64,000 nucleotides of DNA from Octopus sinensis (GCF_006345805.1 NC_043005.1:89032001-89096000), one strand, 5' to 3'; positions 26,897 through 43,446 are shown, counted from the stretch's first letter. The notes: generated by a model from the sequence alone, not told the origin. Program-made: numbers and translations.

Positions 26897-27990
26897 GAAC
26901 ATTTGATTAAGTTTAGAACTTTCTGTTCGTTTCTTGCTACGTCCGTGCGTTAGTGTCACGTGGCAGTATATTTTGCGCCTAAAATGAAGGCCGACACGTT
27001 TGAGGGAACATGTTTAGTGACAACGAAAAACGCACCAGATACATCCAATAATCTACCCTTCATTACAACACACAACCCAAGTAATACAGAGGTTTAGAAT
27101 ATGATCAACCAGAACATCCCACTACTAAAACAAGACCAAAGACTGAAACAAGCATTCGCAACTACAAAATAATCAAAAGTAAAAGACAATCAATGTCCGT
27201 CAAAAACATTCTTCACAAGTGCTAAATTACCTTCCAAAACTCCTACACAAACAGTCAAAAAGTGTGACCACCCCAATTGAAGACACAACATACAAATTCA
27301 AATCAGGACAGATTTTTACCGTAAAAATTCACTGTACATCTTCAAAGAATTTAATATATGCTATCAAATTTTAAATAAAAGCTTACGCTGAGAAATAGGA
27401 TGACCATTCACCGACAACAAATACGAGATTCCAGTACTAGACAGATTCCACTGAGTGGACACATAGACATATATGCAAAAAATGAGTCCTCCAAATTCCA
27501 GCTCTTCCATTCTACCTATGTTCAGTGAATAGCACAGATGAAGCACGGATAAATAAAGAGAATACTTTCATACCAAAATACAACTCCAGACTTAAGAGAT
27601 TTAACTCGACTATTTACTCAAAAAATCATTCTACCATTTAACATGAGGAAACTACACAGCTAACAGCCTAAACTTTTGCCACTGGACTACATACAAACGA
27701 CTCCTGTCTACACTCTCACCTGGCAGATTAAATCGAGTACTTTCATTATAACTAAACATGTTCACTTAACCGTGTCGGCCTTCATTTTAGGCGCAAAATA
27801 TACTGCCACGTAACACTAACGCACGGACGTAGCAAGAAACGTAGAGAAAGTTCTAAACTTAATCAGGTGTTCGTTTGTGCACCAAATGGAAAAACAAAAA
27901 CGCACCTTTCTACCCCATGGGCGTGAAACTAATACACCTGCTTGTTGTTCCTACACCTGTTTTTGCCTTTTGTTTTTCTGTAAATTTGAA
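26897..27990 (+). mobile_element. Second Penelope-like fragment bracketed by a ~130-bp inverted repeat (26897-27028 / 27741-27872)
   Basis: LPFITTHNP and TCTSKNLIYAIKF (GIY-YIG-like) fragments. The 3' end shares ATACACCTGCTTGTTGTTCCTACACCTGTTTT with 26323-26355. Confidence 0.7.
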
Positions 27991-29094
27991 CAACATACAT
28001 ACATACATATATGGCAAAAAGAGTGAAAATTCATCGTCTTACACGGACTTTGACAAGTGTTTGTTGTTTCTCCCTTACGGTTATCACTCTTTCTTCTTCC
28101 ATCTCTCTCTTTCCCCCTTCCCTCCTCTTTATCTCTATAACGGCTTTTGACAGCTTCTACTTACTCTCTTTCCCTCTCCATATTCGCTGTCTCGCGGTCG
28201 TTCTTTCTCCCCAGCCTCTCTCTCTCTCTCTGTACGTCTTTCTGTATCTATAGAGAGAAAGCGTTGACAACCGCAAGTGTGATTAATGGAGAGGAATAAA
28301 ATAGTAAATAATTATATTGTGTCGGAAATATATTTTACTCGCTTTAAATTTAAATATTCCCGCTACAGGGCTTTTACAACGGTGAATTATTATCGCCCAC
28401 CACCACCGCACAATAATGATAACAGATATTATTAATCAGATATTTATTATGTTAATTTATATATATATATTTATCAATTAAGGGGGGTATTTCAGTGGAG
28501 ACAAAAACTGAATAAAAATAGCTCAAACAATATAGAATTTTCAACTTTGAAAAAATATAAATCAACCCAAACTGATAACTTAGTATATAAACCCGATACA
28601 ACAAATAAAAATAAGTATAAAAGGACATAAGTACAAAAATGTTAAGCTAGATAAAACAAATACAAATAATAATATTAAAATCTCCCACTGATAAAATACT
28701 AATAAATATATATATAGGACTAAAGAGAATAACAAAACTCTAAAGGATACGGATAACATTAATCTTTCCCTCCCTTACTCAAAAAAAAAATTCAAAAGAA
28801 AAACTGTTGTATGGCTAAATATTCCCTTCAACTGTACAATGTCTCATCAGCATGGGTGTTATAATTGATATATATTTGTGGAACACTGAAGACACACATG
28901 TTGCATCTACATACATACATATATATATATTTATGTGTGTGTGTGTATACGTATATATGTAAAATGATATTTATATGACGCTTGGAAGTGCCATATATAT
29001 AGAGACAGACAGACACATAGATAGAATATATATATTAGTGGAAAGCACCATGTATACATTAATACATATGCGTGTTTGTGTGTGTGTGTTTGTT

Positions 29095-29142
<48 letters not shown>

Positions 29143-29449
29143 AATGCTTCACACTGTCTGATTTTGCCTGAAGAATCATTTCTCCCTTTGAGACGATGTG
29201 TATTGACAATACACACAATTCAATGACAGCAGACTCTGAAACAGCCAGTATTTCAGTATAATTCAGTCGCCTTAAGTGAGAGAAATTACAGTGGACCTCT
29301 GCACCGAGATAAGAATACTTATTTCTGTCTATAAAATTAATCAAACGAAATATTTACACATGAATGGTAAGGCCCACAAGCCTGAAAGCTACAGATGTAA
29401 TTAAATTTATATGAAAAATAAAAGAAACCTATTTTGTATATTTTCCTAG

Positions 29450-29672
29450 GTGTGCTATTCCTGGTTACGACAACGACACGTATAAAATCCAAAGTGAAAT
29501 CCATAAAGAACTGATCAACGAATATATTCTAAAAAGTGAGGATGAAGGGGAGGTAGTTTATGATAAATGTTTGATATATTCCAATACCACAGAAAATGGA
29601 AATCGAACGACACAGATGTGCAGCTCTTGGGTTTATGATAAAACCAACACGCACACCTCAATCACCAGTCAG
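29450..29672 (+). CDS. SLC22-like exon 2 (large extracellular loop)
   Basis: Acceptor ttttcctag|G, donor CAG|gtaagg, 223 nt. Encodes (R)CAIPGYDNDT...DKCLIYSNTT...MCSSWVYDKTNTHTSITSQ, with conserved loop cysteines, the WVYD motif and N-glycosylation sequons. Confidence 0.93.
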
Positions 29673-29807
29673 GTAAGGTTCTTTTGAAAGTCACACGCCA
29701 CATGTAAGTTAATCTATCGATCCTTCTATCTACCTACCAAACTGTCTTGCTCTCCACCTATCTATTTGTCTAGATAGGTAGACAGACAGATAGACAGATA
29801 GATATAC

Positions 29808-29860
<53 letters not shown>

Positions 29861-30228
29861 CATACATACATACATACATACATACATACATACATAAATA
29901 CATCGATTGTTCTATCTGTCTGTCTCTCTATCAACCCAGTTATCTATCTGTCTCTCCACCTCTCTACCCAGCTCCTATCTACTTTTAAATCTACTTGTAT
30001 GTCCACAAGCCTTTTACACTTCCTTAGACACTGGCAACTCTTATATGATATATTATGTGAGTCAGAATAGATTCTGGGACTAACTCTTGAAAACCATCTT
30101 TACAACGAAGTTCCTCAACACAAAAGATTCTGGGTTCACTCTCAACAGTGGCATGAATGCGGTGAAAACTCAGGTTCAAAATATTTTACAGTCAATTTTA
30201 TTTCAGTCTTAATATTGAAACAAATATG

Positions 30229-30262
<34 letters not shown>

Positions 30263-30347
30263 TGATGATGATGATGATAATAATAATGATGATAATGATA
30301 ATAATAATAATAAGAAGAAGAAGAAGAATGATAATAATAATAATTAT

Positions 30348-30406
<59 letters not shown>

Positions 30407-30408
<2 letters not shown>

Positions 30409-30962
30409 GCCCTGATGCAGTACCAGGCAGTGGCTCTCATGGTTTCTGATCTTAACTGATTGGAAGTGTTATCATGTACATTGTTTTGTCTTGGTATAAA
30501 AGATGGGCTACAGCAAATATTCTGCTCAATACCACAGATTTGCTTGTCAGTTGTTTGACCTTAACCAGTTGAACATGTCCCTTAGTGGCTGACGATATGT
30601 GTATCTCTGATCACGAGCAGAAGTAGTGGGGGAGCATCATAGCCATGTGTTGGGAGGGATTCTTTGGGGTTTGAATAATTCACCTCTGGAAACATGGGTG
30701 GTTCTTTCAACATCCTTAAACAACCCTTATTCAGGGACCTTTTGAGCGGGATGGGCTACTCAACCTGAAGAAAATTCTAACTGGGCCCCACCTGCAAGGT
30801 CATGTGCTGCTTATCTTGATATGAGATCACCATGTCGCGCACATATGGTTGTGATGCATGTGCCTGGTGTACCCTTATCAGACGGGTAGTCATGATGGGT
30901 ATATTGGGCTTCGTATATTTTACCCCAGTGTCACTTCGATGGCATGCACTGCTCTCTCACTC
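30407..30962. mobile_element. Non-coding repeat unit embedded in (TAA)n on both sides (probable Dong-type UTR or non-autonomous element)
   Basis: Complex 555-bp segment with long (AAT)n arrays directly on each side and no ORF. Confidence 0.4.
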
Positions 30963-31006
<44 letters not shown>

Positions 31007-31050
31007 TGATGATGATGATGATGATAATAATAATGATGATGATGATGATG

Positions 31051-31122
<72 letters not shown>

Positions 31123-31130
31123 GTAAAAAT

Positions 31131-31394
31131 AAATGGCAGAAATTCAAAAGATAGTGCTCATGGGAACTGCTCATATCCTACGCAAAATACTTTCTATGTA
31201 ATCTCAAGTTTTAAAATAAACATAGTTTTCGTATGGTTTTCTTTAGACATTCACTAGTACAACACTAAATACCAAACCAAATATATGGCACACTAGGCAT
31301 AACAACAACACGAACTTCCAACCTGTTGTCTCTTGAGGTCTCTGGGTGAGACTTGGAGCCAACTTGTACAAACATAAAGCAAAAGTCAAACAGA
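31131..31394 (+). mobile_element. R4/Dong 3' tip, 5'-truncated, within (AAT)n
   Basis: MAEFKR...LMGTAHILRKILSM* region plus 3' UTR; reverse complement of the start of 31790-33497. Confidence 0.88.
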
Positions 31395-31425
31395 ATAATA
31401 ATAGTAATAATAACAATTATTATTA

Positions 31426-31490
<65 letters not shown>

Positions 31491-31507
31491 TTTATTTTAT
31501 TTTTTTA

Positions 31508-31570
<63 letters not shown>

Positions 31571-31573
<3 letters not shown>

Positions 31574-31711
31574 TAGTTTTATTTTTATAGCGTGCTTTCA
31601 CTTCACTACCGAGCGCAGCTCTGTGTGCCTTGGGTATGTGCTGTGATTTGTTGTGATGCTCTGATGGTTATTGTATGGAAAGTGTTCTGCGTAGGATGTG
31701 TGCAGTGCCTA
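31571..31711 (-). mobile_element. Isolated 3' UTR tip of the Dong family seen at 51980-52630
   Basis: Near-identical to 51980-52117; flanked by (TAT)n on both sides. Confidence 0.8.
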
Positions 31712-31781
<70 letters not shown>

Positions 31782-31789
31782 ATTATAAT

Positions 31790-33604
<1,815 letters not shown>

Positions 33605-33611
33605 TATTATT

Positions 33612-33652
<41 letters not shown>

Positions 33653-33662
33653 GATTATTATG

Positions 33663-33731
<69 letters not shown>

Positions 33732-33732
<1 letters not shown>

Positions 33733-34874
33733 TATGTTTGACTTTTGCTTTATGTCTGTACAAGTTGGCTCCAAGTCTCACCCAGAGACCTCAAGAGACA
33801 ACAGGTTGGAAGTTCTGTGCCATATATTTGGGGGTTTTTTTGTGTTGTACTGGTGAATGTCTAATACATAAAAATAAAATAAAAAATAAAATAAAATAAA
33901 ATAAAATAAAATAAAATAAATAAATAAATAAATAAATAAAAGTTTGTTTTAAACCTTGGTATTACATAGAGAGTATTTTGCGTAGGATATGAGCAGTTCC
34001 CATGATCACTATCTTTTGAATTTCTGCCATTCTGGGGTTTCCTGGTATCTGAGTTAGGTAGCAATTAGTCCCTTTCGCTATCATTCCCAGGGCACCTATG
34101 ACAACAGGTATTGTTTTAGTCTTCAGCTTCCACATTTTGCTGATTTCTATTTCAAGATCTTTATATTTGCTCAGTTTTTGGTAGGTCTTGACAGATACGT
34201 TTATATCGATTGGGACAGTCATATCAATGAAGAGGCATGTTCTTTGTCTGAAGTCTTTCAATATGATGTCTGGCCTATTTGCATCTATCTTCCTGTCAGT
34301 TTGAATGGTGAAGTTCCAGAGGAGTGAGATGTGGTCATTTTCAAGCACTGGAGGTGGATTGTGTTCCCACCAGTTTTTTTCATGGGGCAAATCCAGGTTT
34401 TTGCAAATTACCCAGTGAATATATTGTGCAGCTCTATCATGCCTTTTGAGGTACTCTGTAGGCGCTAGAAGACTGCATTTGGAGACAACATGGTCAATGG
34501 TTTCATTTTGTTGTCGGCATACACGACATGTTGGGCTACTGCCGTTCTTTAATATGTTGGCCTGGTAGTTTCTTGTTGGTAGGCATTGATCTTGAGCTGC
34601 TATGATAAACCCCTCTGTTTCAGATTTTAAGTCAGAGGCCATTAGCCATTGATGGGTCAGGGCTTTGTCAATATCTGCATTATTCGCTCTCTTTGGGTAT
34701 TTGCCATAGAGAGGTTTTTCTTGCCATTTATTATTCAGAATATCTAAGGCCGCAGTTTTGGCACGGGTTTTCATGCGCTTAGCTTTTTCTGTGCTTGTTT
34801 CTTGTATGTTAACAATATTGAAACTGTAAGTCATGACTGGTATAGCTAATGCATTGATCGCTTCGATCCTGTTT
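33732..34874 (-). mobile_element. R4/Dong-clade LINE, second tandem copy with ~320-bp internal deletion (290-aa ORF 33962-34834)
   Basis: Same motifs with an intact CCHC (CRVCRQQNETIDHVVSKC). Junction GTATGT|TAACAAT versus the first copy; (TAA)n on both sides. Confidence 0.93.
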
Positions 34875-34893
34875 ATTATTATTATTATTATTA

Positions 34894-34957
<64 letters not shown>

Positions 34958-35375
34958 TATTATTATTATTATTATATAACAAGTGCATTAGTCAAATTGG
35001 ATTAATCGAATAATGGTAAATAATGTTTTAAATCAGTTCAAAAATGGTTATACGTTCATTTTTTTGTGTGTGATAAGGGTTTTTAGGAAATCGTTTAAAG
35101 CGTTTTCATTGCCCCTGCACCACCAAATTTTAGTTGTTGTACTCTCACTGTTACCAAACCAATGAACAGTGGTCCCTGTGACAGTGGCTCCTTCCCTATT
35201 ATACAATCGATTCTGAGACTGTCACACGACCGTTGTTCCTACAACAAAGTCATTAGAATACACACTGACTATGGAAGGGGTCTCCAAGAAACACTGTTTC
35301 TACAATTCGAAAACAAAATTATTATCAAAATTATAAAATGTATGCATTAAATAATTTTCATATTTCTCATCGCAG

Positions 35376-35479
35376 CTCAATCTCGTTTGCGATAAAGCGA
35401 TTCTTGCAAGGCACTCCATTACACTTTTCTTCATGGGTTACCTTTTCGCCATGTTCGTCACTGGAATTTTATCAGACAG
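35376..35479 (+). CDS. SLC22-like exon 3
   Basis: Acceptor tttctcatcgcag|, donor AG|gtaag, 104 nt. Encodes LNLVCDKAILARHSITLFFMGYLFAMFVTGILSD (LVC motif, TM2). Confidence 0.95.
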
Positions 35480-35608
35480 GTAAGTTTTGTATATCATATC
35501 TGCACGCTGGTGTATTTAGTGTCTGCAATATATTTTATATTTTTGCCTATTTCATATATATGTGTGTGTGTATGAATGTGTGTGATTTGTGTGTGTGTGT
35601 GTGTGTGT

Positions 35609-35646
<38 letters not shown>

Positions 35647-35929
35647 GTGTGTGTGCGTGTATGCATGTGTATATAGTGCATGTATATGTATATATGGCGG
35701 TGAATGTTAACTCATGACAGAGCATGACCACTTCATAAGTTCAAAACTTCCTTGCAAACGTTCTGAGAGTCAAAGAAGTTCTTGTGCATGGATTTGGTTT
35801 GAGAAGAACCACTTTTATGAGAAAACAGCCATAAAACCAGATGCACAACAGAGGCCGAGATGACCAGAAGCCAACTGCATTTCAATGTTTTTTTATACAT
35901 GTTTACCTTTGCCTAAGAGGAGGTTCTGA

Positions 35930-36275
35930 CAAGAGACAGGGGTCCCTCATTCCCGGTGATACTTACATACATATATACATTGCTACCACACCTTGACCTA
36001 GCTTTTGTCCATGGCATCATCCCCAAACGCCAGCTGACTTGAGGGTCACAGAGATTTTGGCCAAACCTGATGCACGATTTCTGCTTGATGCATTTGGTCA
36101 TCTTATGGGGAAAAGGAAAATCGAATGAGAGTGCACTACACCTCTGCACTCTAGGCGTAATAATCGACAGGTGCAGGAACGGTGGTGTGACCTCCCACAC
36201 AAATGATTTTGCCCACATGACATTAGTTTTGGAGGGAAAAAAATAAAGTCTGATATCTTTTTAACATACCTCGCA
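35930..36275 (-). mobile_element. mariner 5' fragment
   Basis: MTKCIKQKSCIRFGQNL followed by a frameshifted GDDAMDKS, typical of the mariner N-terminal HTH. Confidence 0.6.
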
Positions 36276-36538
36276 TATATATACATAAAGACCGTTATTT
36301 CTTTTTCCTGACATATTTTGTGGAAAAAGAAATAATGGTATTTTGGCTGCTATTTCTAATTTTTTTTCGGTATGTGGTGAAGCAACTTGTTGCTAAACCC
36401 TTAATTATTGTTATAATTATATATAAAAACCTTTTTGTATAGGTTTTTACCGAATATGGTTCTTTTCCATACCGAAAACTACTTTGGTAAAATTATAAAT
36501 TTATTAAATTAGTAATTCTTTACTCTATATCTGTAATG

Positions 36539-36641
<103 letters not shown>

Positions 36642-36706
36642 ATATACTTCGATTTTGGATTTTTTTTGCAAGATTCTTCATGTGAGTTCATGTGTTAAAT
36701 CATATT

Positions 36707-36974
36707 CTGTTGCGTCTGGGGAGAGTCATTCTCTTTTGGTGCCTTATAACTTAACACACTCACCGGTAAAATTTCCACATTTCTTTTTTCTTTTTCTAAA
36801 ATTTTTGTTGCGTCTTGCAACCTTTTCAATAGTTTTAAGTCAAAACTATTGAAAAGACTGCAAGACGCAACGAAAATTTTAGAAAAATAAAAGAAGGAAA
36901 TAAGTGGAAATTTTACCGGTGAGTGTGTTAAATTATAAGGCACCAAAAGAGAATGACTCTCTGCAGACACAATA

Positions 36975-36975
<1 letters not shown>
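36707..36975. mobile_element. Spacer-less 269-bp hairpin element (copy 1)
   Basis: CTGTTGCGTCTGGGGAGAGTCATTCTC...GAGAATGACTCTCTGCAGACACAATAG; the whole element folds back on itself. Confidence 0.88.
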
Positions 36976-37055
<80 letters not shown>

Positions 37056-37058
<3 letters not shown>

Positions 37059-37473
37059 TGTACATTTAAACACATTTAGAGGTATCCACCAAAGGACTCC
37101 CTTACGCTAGAAAGAACGGCTAAAGTTCAAACCACTAATTAAGGATAAATTCTGGAAGGGAATGAAAAATAAAACATTTACCATCTATTTCCTGGACCAT
37201 AGTTTCTGATTTTTTAGCAAGTAAAATAATTTGCCAGGCGAAGTCTTCGTCAATAGGTACGCCAAGATTTAACATATAAACACGAGGCCAATCCAGCATG
37301 TGCCTCTTGCTTATACATTTTAATTTTTCAAAACCAGCGCGCAAGCTCAGTTTTTTGTCGGCAGCAAACAAATGCCGGCAATATCCCTAATTAGTGGTTT
37401 GAACTTTAGCTGCTCTTTCTAGGGTAAGGGAATCCTATGATGGATACCTCTAAATGTGTTTAAATTTACACTG
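37056..37473. mobile_element. Tc1/pogo-type MITE, ~90-bp TIRs, TA TSD
   Basis: TA|CAGTGTACATTTAAACACATTTAGAGGTATCC...GGATACCTCTAAATGTGTTTAAATTTACACTG|TA. Confidence 0.9.
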
Positions 37474-37739
37474 TATTTTATATGAATAATATATAGTATA
37501 TGGACTAATTTTTCTATACGCTATGCCACTGGTAGTAAAAAATTCTATAACCTTTATTACCCTGATATTATTAATTATGTAAAATGATATCTGGAAAATT
37601 CGTTCGAAGAAATTGCTGGCAAAATCACATATATACATGTGTAAGTATGTAGGTCTATATCCGTGTGTGTATATATACATATAAATGCGTGTGCGTGTGT
37701 GTGCGCGTGTGCGTATATGTGTGTATATCTATATACTTA

Positions 37740-38700
37740 CTTTTCTTTCACTGATTTATCAGTCCTCACTATAACTTTCCTCCTACACTTTAGTTAGTAC
37801 ACTTTTTGACTTCTTATATATGCCTACGTCTGTTTTTAGGAACTTGACCATTATATCTCCGTATTCACCCTTTAATTCCTAGCACACTTCCTTATTATTT
37901 CACCCATTTTTCCTTCCTTCTCCACGTTTACTACTCACATTTAGTACTCCTCTTATCCTCTGTACTACATTCTTCATATATCTCTCCACCTCAGTGTCTT
38001 TTGAAACCTATCCCACACCTCCAGTTTCTCACACATACTCCTTTCATACTATCTTATCTCTTCTTCCTATCCCTTCTCCTGTCCCTTTAATCTAATGATA
38101 GTTCTCCTCCCCCATCCTCTTATAGTATCTTGACTAGCATCTAGCACTCCTTTTTTTCTTTTTCGTTTTTCTTCCCTACCTCTACTCTAGCCGTTAAGAA
38201 TACCACTCCCCTAATTCTTTTGACCAATACAACTCTCTTCCATACATCTTTCTTCTTTTTAACATTCTTATGTATTCAATTCTCTCTTTATCTAATTCCC
38301 CTCACTTGTGTAATTCTCAAATTCATTTATACTACAAGAACCTTTTGAATGGACAGCACATTGAATTAATATCTGTACATTTGAAATAACAACATATAAA
38401 TTCTTATCAGACTTTACACATCATGAACAGGAAACCTCTTTACCCATTCTACACGAAACTTTTCTTGGATAACGGAACAGCAACTTTAACATCCATCATG
38501 TATTTCATTTTCATATTTTTCTTCTATACATTCTACATTATATATCATTTTTCGTATATTCTCCCCTCTCCAGAAGAACATTTTTTAAAAGAAAAAAAAC
38601 TGAACTCTACTAATTCCTTCTATTGAAGCTATTTTAACACTCTGAAGATGGGATATCATTTATTTCCCTGAAACAGCTGTAAGACCACCTTTCTCTTCAT
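37740..38700 (+). mobile_element. Penelope-like 3' end with degenerate hammerhead motif (38642-38681)
   Basis: Pyrimidine-skewed tract ending in CTGAAGA-T-GGGA...TCCC-T-GAAAC-AGCT-GTA, with palindromic stem III and only 2 bp of stem I. Confidence 0.6.
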
Positions 38701-38885
38701 GAATGTCCTGGGAGTATTACATTGCCTTGGCCTTGTTATTTCATTTAACGTATACACGCTCACACACGACCTACCATAAACTCCTCATTCATGCTATTAT
38801 TGAATCGGGAGCTTAACAGCGGTCCTTCCATAGCACTTACATAGCCTTACCTACCTTTTGGGTCTTCTGGATAACAAAACCTCTC

Positions 38886-38953
<68 letters not shown>

Positions 38954-39490
38954 GCCTTTGCACAGCTTCTAACGCTGGTGATGTACTATAATGTCAGCTG
39001 TTCACTACCAGTGAACTAAGGTAACACCTCTTATTTTTCGAGCATCTTCCGGAGTATTCGAGCGGTTTCCAAGCAGTGCTGTTTTCTGCAATTGCTCCAA
39101 TCTTATTGCAGCCCCTATTTATTCCACGCACCTACCGAGATTTTTGCTCACTGTTCTCAGGGCTCCGACAATTATTAATATTACTACCACCTTTTTCATC
39201 GACCACAACTGCTTAACTCCCCAAACTGACCTGTCATATCTCTCAACTTTTCTTTCTTCCTTATCGCATACCTTGTTGTCAGCTGGGCATGCTATATCTA
39301 TGATCCAGCATAGTTTCTTTTCTTTCTCAATTAAGACTATGTCTGACATCTTATTTTCTATCTGATGGTTAAAATAATCATAAAATCTCATAGGATCTTT
39401 GCATTAAATTTGTCGATGATGCCTTTGGCTTTTTAGTCATACCAATTTTTTGCTCTGTCAAGTCCATACTTGATAAACCTTGCTATGTAC
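38954..39490 (-). mobile_element. R4/Dong-like 3' fragment abutting (TAA)n
   Basis: SDIVLIEKEKKLCWIIDIACP...KVERYD; same family as 52735-53316. Confidence 0.85.
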
Positions 39491-39686
39491 CAGTTTCGCA
39501 CTGGGGTCGATGTAATCGACTTAATCCCTTTGTCTGTCCTTGTTTGTCCTCTCTATATTTAGCCCCTTGTGGGCAATAAAGAAATATATATTATCATGGC
39601 GTCTCTTATATTCCTTCTGGGCTAGTGGCGTATATTGACTGGTAATATGCCATACAGTTTCACCGTTTTGTACACACATTCTGCGC

Positions 39687-39766
<80 letters not shown>

Positions 39767-39885
39767 GTTGTTGTTGTTCTTCTTCTTCTTCTTTTTCGTC
39801 TTCTTTTTTTCTTACTCTTCTTCTTATTATTACTATATGTGTTTGTATGTATGTATGTATGTATGTATGTATGTATGTATGTATG

Positions 39886-39951
<66 letters not shown>

Positions 39952-39974
39952 TGTATGTATGTATGTATGTATTG

Positions 39975-40859
39975 TAAAGGGGTACCCAAAATTAACCGGG
40001 AACATTCTCTGTGGAACACGCCCACGGTTGTTCAGGCTTCAGCCGCTAGCAGCCACGTGATGCCACCCTCGAGCATCCGTCTGCCAATCAGTGGTTAGGA
40101 CTACTGTCGTACTGCAACGTTGTGCAACCTTGCTTTGCAGTGCTTCTCCTCTGTTCATCGCTTTTCTGATAACTGACACGAAAACACAGCGGGCTTCCGT
40201 GAAATTCTGTTTTCTGCTGACAAAAACAGTGGTCGAGACAGAAGTCATGCTTCAAGCAGCTTACAGGGACGGTGCCATGAGCAAAACACAAGTTTACGAG
40301 GGATTTCCACGCTTTAGGAATGGTCAGTTGTCGCTTGATGATCAACCTCGTTCAGGACGACTGTCGACCTCCCGAATGAATGAAAACATCATGAAAATTG
40401 ATGGAGGACCATCACCGAAAAATTGACGAGCTTGTCGACATGATTGGTGTGTCCTGGAGTTTTTGCCAACGAATTTTGAGCGAGGAATTACAAATGAAAA
40501 GAGTTGCAACAAAATTTGTGCCTGGCTTGCTCACGGAAGATCAAAAGAAGTCATGGCTAAATGCGTGTTGTAAACTGAAAAAAAAAACGGTTGGAAGTTG
40601 ATCCGAACCTTTCCTCGAAGATCATCACTAGTGAGGAAAGCTGATGCTACGGAATTTGCAGATGTGGAAGAGGTGAAGAAGAAAACGATGGAGGCGTTAA
40701 AAGGTATTACTTCGCAAGGGTTCCAGCACTACTTCACGCCTGGTCCAATGCATCGCTTCCAATGGAGAATACTTTGATGGCGATAAAAGCGTAAGCATTA
40801 AAACTAGGTCAATAAAATAATATTGCAAAATTCCGGCTTCTTTTGGCTACACTCTCGTA
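39975..40859 (+). mobile_element. mariner internal-deletion derivative with both degenerate TIRs
   Basis: QRASVKFCF...DDQPRSGR, RILSEELQMKRVATKFVP. The catalytic core is deleted and joined to the C-terminal EVKKKTMEALKG. Confidence 0.88.
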
Positions 40860-40873
40860 TGTATGTGTGTATA

Positions 40874-40923
<50 letters not shown>

Positions 40924-41227
40924 CAGATGAAGAAAAAGAAATTGGAGATTGGGAAGTTAATTGTTTGTAATTACTTGCGAGTTAATCATCATCCCTTACA
41001 CCTGTTTCAATTAATACTCAGCAACAATTAAGTAAATAATAAATTTATATGACCTGACCATAATATCTTCTTGGATGATTTATATGTGTTTATGGATTCA
41101 GTGTGTGAGTGTGTGTGAGTGTGTGTGTGTGTGTGTGTGAGTGAGTGCGTGCGTCTATGTGTATGAGTGTGCGTGTGTGTGTGTTTAATCAGATGAATTT
41201 TAAGTTTTTCACTTTAATCTTTTTCAG

Positions 41228-41382
41228 ATTTGGTCGCAAGAAAGTGATAACTGTGTGTTTATTTTTGCAAGGGGCAACCGGAATAGCAACGGCCTTCATC
41301 TCCAACATTTACGCCATATATGTATTACGTTTTCTCAATGGTGTTGGTGGTGCTGGATCCTACGTTCCCTCAGTTGTCTTTG
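41228..41382 (+). CDS. SLC22-like exon 4
   Basis: Acceptor ttttcag|A completes the MFS motif SDRFGRKK across the junction. 155 nt, donor G|gtaag. Encodes TM3-TM4 (...RFLNGVGGAGSYVPSVVF). Confidence 0.95.
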
Positions 41383-41751
41383 GTAAGCAAACAACAATAA
41401 CACACTATAAATGTCCATTTTAATAATTTGAATGATTTTTCTGTCCTTTATTCTTTATCTGCTCTCTTCCATTAGAAAGAGCCCTTTGAGGGGTTTTAAT
41501 CATATCAGCAACTTTAGTTCATCCCATTACGCAAGAAATGTTACGTTACTCTGAGTGGAAATGAAATACTCATAGCAAAGAAGAGCACAGGTTATGCAAA
41601 CGCATATGCACTCATATTCACGCTGGTATGCATATATACATTCCCACACGCACACACAAACACATATAGACATAAACATACACAAATGGGTTAAGAACAA
41701 TATGAACATAACTTATTATACGAATATTATATATATATGATATATATATAC

Positions 41752-41837
<86 letters not shown>

Positions 41838-42111
41838 TGAGTAGAGTATATAATGCCACTTGCTAAAATCAGAGCCAAGTCTCCAAAAACAACCATAAAA
41901 AGAGAGAGATTCTGTCCGTTTGTGTGTATTTTGGCCTCATAAAATGAAAGTAGAAGGGCAGTATCCCTGTAATTTAGCTGTTCGGAAAAAGAGATCTGAG
42001 ACTTGGCTTTAAAAAAAGTACTCAGGTCGATTCATTTGATTAAAAATTATTGGAGGTGGTCCCCCAGCATAGCCACAGTCTAAGGACTGAAACAAGTAAA
42101 AGAATAAACGA

Positions 42112-42198
<87 letters not shown>

Positions 42199-42659
42199 GA
42201 AAAAATAATAAGGCAGAATGCTAGATTGAAAGTAAATTTTAATAAAAATGGGTGTATGAAAAATTAAAAAAGAAAAAGAGAAATCAAACCGGCTTCATTG
42301 CAAGGCAAATTCTCAAGAATTCGAAGTGGAATTTTTTTTTTAAATAGAGGAAGGGGAAAAAAGAAATTCACAATGTTTTTTCAATGTGGCTACTGAGTGG
42401 AATTTGACGGTATTATGGGAGATTTATCTTTTCTTTATGGACTGTTAGTCTTCGGCGAAAAGGAAGGCTCGTTTGTCCAACATAATTGTGTTGGCAACCG
42501 GCGCATGTGAGAACGTAGATGAGGTTCTCGGAGGAACAGAGAAGTTAGTCGTCATTTTAAACTTTGTTCCTTGCTAGAAAGTAAATTCAGAGCCTTCAAG
42601 TAGGAAGGGGCTGGTACCACAGTTAGGGCGTGCACATTTTTTAACTGATATATAGATAT

Positions 42660-42744
<85 letters not shown>

Positions 42745-42837
42745 GCAACATTTAGATTCAGGTGAATATGGTACTTAAGTTAAAAGCACCAGAATTTGGT
42801 ATGGTATTATCCATAAAAATCAAATGGAGTGATTTTA

Positions 42838-43446
42838 ATCAAAATAAGCAACAAGGATATCCAAGGTAGTGTAGTACAATCGTTTCATGCTACTTCATTT
42901 TATTAAACATTGTAAGTATAACATAAGTTTTAAAATGTAAAGCAATCTTCAGCCACGTATAAACTTTTTTTTAATTAAATGGACAATGTACATTTTTATA
43001 CTTATTTCATTTGCCAACATTATAAAGAGGGTAGATATATAGACAGAGGGGTTAATTTTATCATGAAAGAACATGGTAGTAGAAGGTCCTTCTCCATCTG
43101 TAGATTTTTTTATCACTGAGTTTACTTTGTTATTTAGATTTGTTATTGGGGAGGAGGATTCTTTATTTGTTTCAATGGAGACAAACAAGAATTTTTTCTA
43201 TTTATAGATAGAGGAAGGGGTAGTACCAATGTCAAAGCCATAAATCCATCCCCATTACGATCTTTGTAATGTTGGCAAATGAAATAAGTATAAACATGTA
43301 CATTGTCCATTTAATTAAAAAAATTCTATACATGGCTGAAGACTGCTTTACATTTTAAAACTGATGTTATACTTACATTGTTTAATAAAATGAAGTAGCG
43401 CGAAACGATTGTACTACACTACCTTGGATATCCTTGTTGCTTATTT

